The notes beneath the pieces were generated by a model that worked only from the letters and a program-made list of their open reading frames with translations, had not been told where the DNA came from and searched no databases. DNA of 64,000 nt. Source: Candidatus Latescibacterota bacterium (lineage in GTDB: Bacteria > Latescibacterota > UBA2968). Position numbers and translations under genes: made by a program. The first letter of the stretch is position 1; each line of letters opens with the position of its first letter. The stretch spans positions 4,384,001 through 4,448,000 of the forward strand of contig OZ244960.1 in the NCBI GenBank assembly GCA_965222605.1. The letters are read 5' to 3'. Shown here piece after piece: positions 58,077 to 64,000 of this stretch.

Positions 58077-58472
58077 TCATAAATTCTGAGCCTCGCGCAG
58101 CCGCTCAAAACAGTAATTCACAAATTGCGGCAGCATGCCTTCCCGCGGTTCGCAACCGCTCAAGCGTGCGCCATGAAACAACCCAGCGAATGCAATCTCT
58201 TTTGAGGGACCAACGCTGACAGTAAGCATCACGTTTCGGTCAATGATCCAATCGAAATCCACTTCGCCGTGTGGTGTAGCGACAATATCTGGCCTACCGA
58301 TATGAGGCGGGAATTCGTCGATAAGTTTCTGGGCAATATCTACTGTCTCCGGAGCAAGTGCCATAGCACCTTCGCCATCCCAGTCTTCGGTTCCAGCATC
58401 TTCAAGTAGACTATGAACTGCACCCTTGAGAGCAGTTCGCTCCATATCCGGATACATGTGTGTCAGTGCCAT
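58077..58472 (-). CDS. Hypothetical protein
   Basis: 131-aa ORF with GGAG RBS; DWDGEGA..P..G.V.FDW pattern. Confidence 0.6.
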   Translation of the reverse strand: MALTHMYPDMERTALKGAVHSLLEDAGTEDWDGEGAMALAPETVDIAQKLIDEFPPHIGRPDIVATPHGEVDFDWIIDRNVMLTVSVGPSKEIAFAGLFHGARLSGCEPREGMLPQFVNYCFERLREAQNL

Positions 58473-58632
58473 TTGTCAGTTCTCCATCGCAGACTTACTG
58501 TCTCCAAATGCTTGATTATGTATGAAGACCACTTTTAGCATCGTTCATTCCTCCGGCCCAGCTTGCTTGTTCTCTCCCACATCCTTCTCACCGTATCCTT
58601 TATCTTCTTCTCCAATGTCCTACCATCTTCCT

Positions 58633-60009
58633 CTATTCACGCTTCCTATGTGGCGGGGCGTTTGTGTTTCCGTTTTTGTAGTGTGGCCTGCTCGGAAATA
58701 TCCAGAAACGATTCGTGTCTTCGGGCTGCCTTTGTTCTAAGTATTCCACTTGATCCTTGCGGAGAATATGAAGCCTGCGGTTCTGGTCAAGGAAAAAGAA
58801 GAAACCACTGTTGGCAGCAATCAGTACAAAATCTGATGTTGACAATGAAAGACTGTCCTTGAGCTTGACGTCATATGCATTTATGCTATGTAGTTCTTCA
58901 TATCTAAACTCGTCTATTGTACTTCCCAACGAAGCCCACAGATGTGCAAAGAAACAAAAAATGAAGATAAGAATATATTGAGCTGGAATCGGTTTCTTGA
59001 AGTACTTCTGACACATATTGGGTAGCAAGAACATAGATAGGAAGATAGCTGTAAAGTATCCGAATGAATAAAAAAGCTGAATATTCTGAAAATATTCTAC
59101 TATAGTACCAATCAATGCCGTTGCTATTATAATAAGGCTATGAATTCGTCTCCCTTTGTGCCCATAGCTGATTTGGGCAATAGACTTTCGTGAGGCACTA
59201 TGATCACCAAGAAAGAAGAAGATTGTGCCCCAGACCGTAGCGGAGAAAGTATAGCCGATTCTGGAAATACTTGAGGAAATGTAATCTGAAAGGGTGAAGA
59301 ATTTAGACACATCAACACCAAACTCCCCGAGTAACAGATAGTTATACAGGTAGCCTGAAATTAGAAAAAGTGAAGATGCAGCAGAGATCAGAACTACGAT
59401 TTCTGAAGCCGAGATGTCAATCTTCAAGGCTTTGCGGTCAGCAATCGTATCTCTCAACTTTGCAATATCTTTTTTTAGTTTACGCTTCAACTGGCGTATA
59501 TCTCTATTTGTTAGAGGGGTAACCCCCAATCCCATTTTCTTAGCACGAGAAAGATGGTATTGGGCAAAGGAATCGTTCTCCAGTCCGATTTCTACAAAAT
59601 GCTGAATTAGACAATAATCACTCAAAATCTGTTTGACGCTCTGTTCCTCTTCTATTTTTTCCACTATCGAATCTACATCCTTCTTAAATTTGGAATATAA
59701 GGCATTTGGTTTGTCATAAGTTTCTCGATGTTCGTCCGGAATATCTTCTGTAGGGAAATTGTCATCTATCCCGAATATCTCTGGTTTGAGCAACCTAAGA
59801 GCAGCTACATGGACGACCCCATCGAAAGCCTCATCATCGCCCTCAAGACGGGCTTCTAATGTCATTTTCCTGATTAGGTTCTTCATTTTTAGTAATAGCA
59901 GAGAACCTACATCTATAGCCCGCTTAAACCTTAGTTGTTTTATCTTATATGCAAGCTTTAAAAAAAATAGAAGCAGATGTAATCGGTGTTTTTGAAGAAG
60001 TTTTCGCAT
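58633..60009 (-). CDS. Multi-pass membrane hypothetical protein
   Basis: Soluble N-half and about 5 TM helices; in frame with the upstream DUF5131 remnant. Confidence 0.65.
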   Translation of the reverse strand: MRKLLQKHRLHLLLFFLKLAYKIKQLRFKRAIDVGSLLLLKMKNLIRKMTLEARLEGDDEAFDGVVHVAALRLLKPEIFGIDDNFPTEDIPDEHRETYDKPNALYSKFKKDVDSIVEKIEEEQSVKQILSDYCLIQHFVEIGLENDSFAQYHLSRAKKMGLGVTPLTNRDIRQLKRKLKKDIAKLRDTIADRKALKIDISASEIVVLISAASSLFLISGYLYNYLLLGEFGVDVSKFFTLSDYISSSISRIGYTFSATVWGTIFFFLGDHSASRKSIAQISYGHKGRRIHSLIIIATALIGTIVEYFQNIQLFYSFGYFTAIFLSMFLLPNMCQKYFKKPIPAQYILIFIFCFFAHLWASLGSTIDEFRYEELHSINAYDVKLKDSLSLSTSDFVLIAANSGFFFFLDQNRRLHILRKDQVEYLEQRQPEDTNRFWIFPSRPHYKNGNTNAPPHRKRE

Positions 60010-60057
60010 GTTGAAATAACCATTATGCCTGCAAAAGTTTGTTGGAACAGGCACTAT

Positions 60058-60423
60058 ATCAATTGAACCAAGTGTGCCGAGTAACGGCTCGAATGAAACA
60101 AATCGTGTTGAGGCGTTGGTCTGTTTTAAGTGCCGCAGGCGTGTCATGGCCGCAGCGTTTTCGATGGAGACACCAAGCCAGATGTGTGACGGGGAAGATA
60201 GGCTCTAATAGCGTTGATGGACAAAATCGTGCATTAGCGAACTGTGCTTGGTCAGCACTTGATAGGTGTGCCAATCCGCATGTTCCATCGTGTCAAATAC
60301 GCGATGGATATATTGAGTTGGTATGTCCTTATGGAACAGATCGCTCATCGAACTGACGAAGGTGAGTTGAGGTCGCCGCCAGTGCTTAGGTTGCTCAAGG
60401 CATTCGAGGCGAAGGGTTAGATC
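60058..60423 (-). pseudogene. DUF5131 copy 3, middle fragment
   Basis: [39 protein letters not shown], with a frameshift and an internal TAG. Confidence 0.85.
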
Positions 60424-60480
60424 AGCAAAGGTAATACCTGCTGATAATCCCGCAGCACGATGAATTCTGATATAGGCTCT

Positions 60481-61488
60481 TCAATAGAGTGTCCGTTGTG
60501 CTGAAATGAGGTAGGAATAGACGCCAACTTCGTCCGACTGACTAGGTAGCAGTCCGAAAGTCGCGCCAGCACCTGCAATAGCCGCACCAATAGGATCCCC
60601 AGTGTGGTAAGTCCACGCCGCACCAGCCAAGCTGATTCCAAAGGAGATCGATTTTTTCCAAGCAAGACGATGTACCTTCTTTAACGCACTTGCTGCGTCG
60701 TCAAGTTCTTCTTGGCGTTGTTCGAATATAGCTTGACGTTCTTCCGCTGGCATGAGGCTCAATTCACGCGCGAATTTACGTATCGATAGACTATAATTTC
60801 GATGTTGGGAATAGTTCTGTCGCCGAAAATCGAGTATTTCTTCCATGGGAACGCTCCCTAAATCTACACCGACCATAGCCATGTCAAACGAAACAATGTC
60901 GCCAATTGACGGGGAGGAAGCACCCGGCTTCGAAATGATCTCGTTCAAGGCGTTGACAAGATCCCATCGATCGGTTGCTGGAGAAAGCGTCAGACCCATA
61001 TCCACACCTTTATTCCTGATGATCTGGGCAAGCAGAACCAAGATCAACGTGCGCACGGTTCTATGCATTGGAATGGTAACTCCATCCTCTGAATCATCAG
61101 CCAAACCACGAGCTTTAAGCTCTTGGAAGATAAAGTCAGCGAGTTGTTTATCGCCATGGTACCCAAGCCTCGACATTGATAAAGATCCAAAGGCGGAGCG
61201 TTTTGGATCCTTTAGATGGTCTAATCTTCCAGAGGCGATTATTTCGACAAGTGCCTCCGCTAATACCTCGGTTTCTTTTGCACCGACATTTTTTTCTGGA
61301 CGGATCACATGAAACAATTCGTGGTCCTTAAGAGACGATATGATCGCGTAGTCATCGAATGTGCTGTGATCTTCCATATAGTCAGGAATTAACATGGCGA
61401 TTCCATCAAAAAAAAGAATGAGGTTCTTGATCCAATCTGCGTCGTGCCAATATTGACCAGGGTAATAAAAAGCAACGTCTGGTTTCAT
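60481..61488 (-). CDS. Hypothetical protein (DUF6236-like) inserted within DUF5131 copy 3
   Basis: AFYYP..WIKNLILFFDGI..IP start, ILDFRR, hydrophobic C-terminal hairpin. AGGAG RBS. Confidence 0.65.
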   Translation of the reverse strand: MKPDVAFYYPGQYWHDADWIKNLILFFDGIAMLIPDYMEDHSTFDDYAIISSLKDHELFHVIRPEKNVGAKETEVLAEALVEIIASGRLDHLKDPKRSAFGSLSMSRLGYHGDKQLADFIFQELKARGLADDSEDGVTIPMHRTVRTLILVLLAQIIRNKGVDMGLTLSPATDRWDLVNALNEIISKPGASSPSIGDIVSFDMAMVGVDLGSVPMEEILDFRRQNYSQHRNYSLSIRKFARELSLMPAEERQAIFEQRQEELDDAASALKKVHRLAWKKSISFGISLAGAAWTYHTGDPIGAAIAGAGATFGLLPSQSDEVGVYSYLISAQRTLY

Positions 61489-61659
61489 GGTTTACGTCTC
61501 CTGTAGTATGGGTGAATTTTTGTTTTTTTAGTTATGTAGTGGACACCTGAATTTTTCTCCCCATCCGCTCTACCAACTTTCGGTTGGCGGCAACGAGGGC
61601 TTGTTGGATTGCCAAAGATAGGAGCAGGCTTTTGTAATTTTCTATTACTAACCTCGGAA

Positions 61660-61736
61660 CTCGCACTCCCCTTTGTGCATCTGGCGACCGGATTCCAGGT
61701 ACTGTTGGGCCACTCAATAGTGTTTTTGCGCGACAT
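61660..61736 (-). pseudogene. DUF5131 copy 3, 5' fragment
   Basis: MSRKNTIEWPNSTWNPVARCTKGSA plus the conserved upstream promoter. Confidence 0.85.
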
Positions 61737-62073
61737 GCAATTCTCTTGTGTGCCATTCGGAATAACTAAAAAAATTACTACACATAAGTATATTATATTT
61801 TCGCGCAAAGATCAAGTATGTGATATTTTGATTCTGGAAGAAGAAAGGGTATATTGTGAAAGAGAGAATGCTTGTAACGTGGGTCTGATTGACTACCACT
61901 AAGCAAGAGAAGAATAAAGATAAAGAATCCACCCCATCCGGAGCTGTCGATACGCTACGATTGCCTGGAGCTACTTGGGCTGAGTGTGGCTGACTCCCCG
62001 CAAAAACGGTGATATTCAAATGGCTCGTCTCAACGTGGGGCGAGCTACTATTATGGAGGTTTTAATAAATAAG

Positions 62074-63705
62074 ATGTATCTAAAGAAAGTTCATATCGAC
62101 AATTACGGTGCGATCAAAAGCATCAATATTGATTTATCGTTTGATGATACTGGTAATCCGAAACCAGTTTTGTTGGTAGGTTCAAATGGTTCAGGAAAAA
62201 CTCTTTTTTTAGCGTCTATCGTGAACAGTCTTATAGAGGCGATTAACAGTTTTCATTCTGGAGATTCCCAATATCAATTTATGTCTCCTAACTATATTAG
62301 AGATAGTGCTGATTATGCGTGGCGACGGGTAGAATTTACGCATGACTATTCTTTTTATTCATTAGTTCTCCATTCACCCAAAACGAGCGAATCATCCCTT
62401 CAGGTTGATGATGAGACAATACAAAAGTTTTATGACGAGATAGTGGAGGGGGGCGATTCAGGAAGCATTCGGAATTTTGATGGTGTTCAATCTGTTTTTC
62501 GTGAAAATTGTCTGTTATATCTTCCTGTCAATCGGTTTGAACACCCTTTTTGGCTTGTGACAGATTGGGAATCACGAAAATCCCAATGGATACAAATGTC
62601 AGATGGAGGGGACATTCAGGATCACAGGTATAGCATTATAGAGTACTCATCTCTTCAAAAAAACAAGGAATGGGTAGCAAGCGTTTTGAGTAATCAAACA
62701 AGCGTATCTTCGGATATTCATAAATTTGTCAGACACCTTGAAAACGAAATCGTATCAGGCAAGGACACGGGGCTCTTAAAAGAAAACATTTTATCCAGAA
62801 GTGACGACTATCTCACTGATTATTTTCAACTATCATCAGGAGAAGCTATGGTCGCCAATATTTGTTTCTCTATATTAAGAAGGTTTGGTTCGCATAAGCG
62901 GAATACACGTATATCTGATATTTCTGGGATTGTGATGGTTGATGAGATAGATCTCCACCTTCATACATCTTATCAGCATCAAAATCTCCCTAAACTAATG
63001 AAACTATTTCCCGGTATTCAGTTTATAGTCACAACGCATTCTCCATTTTTTGTCCTTGGAATGGACGAAGTGTTTGGGGCAGATGGTTTTGATATTTACG
63101 AGTTCCCGTCGGGATGCCAAATAAGTGCCGAAGATTTTGGTGAATTTAGAAGTGCCTTTCAATCCATGAAACAGACAGACACTTTCAAAAAAGAAATCAA
63201 AGATGCCCAAAAACCTGTTGTGATATTGGAAGGGAAAACGGACAAAAAATATTTACTGAAGGCAGCTAAATTTTTGAAAAAAGAGGATGTGATTGCAAAG
63301 GTTGAATTAAAATGCGGAGAGGGTTTTCCTGGTTTAGATAGTATTTGGAAGAGATGGAAGAATGACTCTATCCGAATGATCCTCCTTTATGATTGCGATT
63401 GCGAGAGAAACGACGAGACTGATTCTGTGTTCAGACGAAACATTCCCAAGCAAGATGGGCATCCTGTCGAGAAGGGTATAGAGAATTTGTTTAGTGAAGA
63501 GATATTGGATAAAGCTGCCAAAGGAGTTGGTAAGAACCAAATTGAAGATTTGGTCAACCGTCAGAACGGAAGTCTTGGGAAGAAAGTAGAGATTTGTGAT
63601 TGGATATGCGAAAATGGCGGGGAAGACGATTTTAAGTATTTTGAGGATGTATTTAGCATTTTGGAGGATGCCTTTCAGTTCTTTGAAGTGCAGGAGAATA
63701 TATAA
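62074..63705 (+). CDS. ABC-type ATPase with C-terminal TOPRIM-like domain (OLD-like)
   Basis: GSNGSGKT, LSSGE, VDEIDLHLH, TTHSP; ILEGKTD..YDCD..GIENLF. Confidence 0.8.
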   Translation: MYLKKVHIDNYGAIKSINIDLSFDDTGNPKPVLLVGSNGSGKTLFLASIVNSLIEAINSFHSGDSQYQFMSPNYIRDSADYAWRRVEFTHDYSFYSLVLHSPKTSESSLQVDDETIQKFYDEIVEGGDSGSIRNFDGVQSVFRENCLLYLPVNRFEHPFWLVTDWESRKSQWIQMSDGGDIQDHRYSIIEYSSLQKNKEWVASVLSNQTSVSSDIHKFVRHLENEIVSGKDTGLLKENILSRSDDYLTDYFQLSSGEAMVANICFSILRRFGSHKRNTRISDISGIVMVDEIDLHLHTSYQHQNLPKLMKLFPGIQFIVTTHSPFFVLGMDEVFGADGFDIYEFPSGCQISAEDFGEFRSAFQSMKQTDTFKKEIKDAQKPVVILEGKTDKKYLLKAAKFLKKEDVIAKVELKCGEGFPGLDSIWKRWKNDSIRMILLYDCDCERNDETDSVFRRNIPKQDGHPVEKGIENLFSEEILDKAAKGVGKNQIEDLVNRQNGSLGKKVEICDWICENGGEDDFKYFEDVFSILEDAFQFFEVQENI

Positions 63706-63758
63706 GCGATCCCCATTCTCCGCGGGATCCATGTCCACTACAGGGGTAGTGAGAGCTA

Positions 63759-64000
63759 CTATTCTGGCATATTGACACTCATTGTAAATAGGACCTCGTT
63801 GGAGGAATTACGTTCATCGGCTTTTATATTTTTATTTTTTTTCTTCACACTTACTGCCTCAGATAGAGCAACACGCATTCCATTGGTCAAATCTGTTGCC
63901 CTTTCTAACTCTTTTTGGATGCCTACCAACTCCTTCAGCATTTCCATCCGGCCTTTCTCTGTTTGAAACTTTTTCTTCCTTTGTCCGAAGAAGTGGTGAA
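63759..64000 (-). CDS. 3' end of a hypothetical gene running off the window
   Basis: Open frame ending ..MSVNMPE* at 63759; start not securely in the window. Confidence 0.35.
   Translation of the reverse strand, partial: HHFFGQRKKKFQTEKGRMEMLKELVGIQKELERATDLTNGMRVALSEAVSVKKKNKNIKADERNSSNEVLFTMSVNMPE

Noticed and set aside
58633-60147. Genuine 504-aa DUF5131-membrane fusion protein
   Set aside because: The DUF5131 part is only ~30 residues of a frameshifted pseudogene. The downstream ATG at 60009 is the more plausible start.
45105-64000. Prophage or integron
   Set aside because: No structural, terminase or integrase genes and no attC-like sites recognised. Gp37/Gp68 alone does not indicate a prophage.

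Overview
Bacterial chromosomal window, probably from an FCB-superphylum organism (Latescibacterota/Gemmatimonadota-like). This placement is inferred from the short RpoD-type sigma factor, long-form IspG and the porY-porX-tsaE cluster. Bases 1-45 kb are mostly housekeeping and metabolic: hydrolases, a sulfatase, two divergent ferritins, an imelysin/di-haem/porin iron-uptake operon, sucAB-lpdA, an ABC-F gene with an attenuator, and rpsU-cvpA-ispG-dnaG-tRNA(CAT)-HU. Bases 45-64 kb form a defence-island-like region built from three direct copies of a DUF5131 (Gp37/Gp68) + divergent-promoter module, each with different cargo (C5 methylase + GHKL nuclease, HNH, TcmP fusion, HEPN-motif protein, ABC-ATPase-TOPRIM). 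Three candidates stand out. (1) A transposase-less tnpB is bounded by 27-bp terminal inverted repeats resembling IS1595/ISNwi1 ends; its predicted omegaRNA 3' stem is partly made of the TIR, and the same end recurs at 58.0 kb. (2) Two short antisense RNA candidates, each with its own sigma70 promoter and terminator, lie in the leaders of both porin genes of the iron operon. (3) The DUF5131-anchored cassette array. All calls were made by eye from the sequence and ORF track; no database searches or folding were run.
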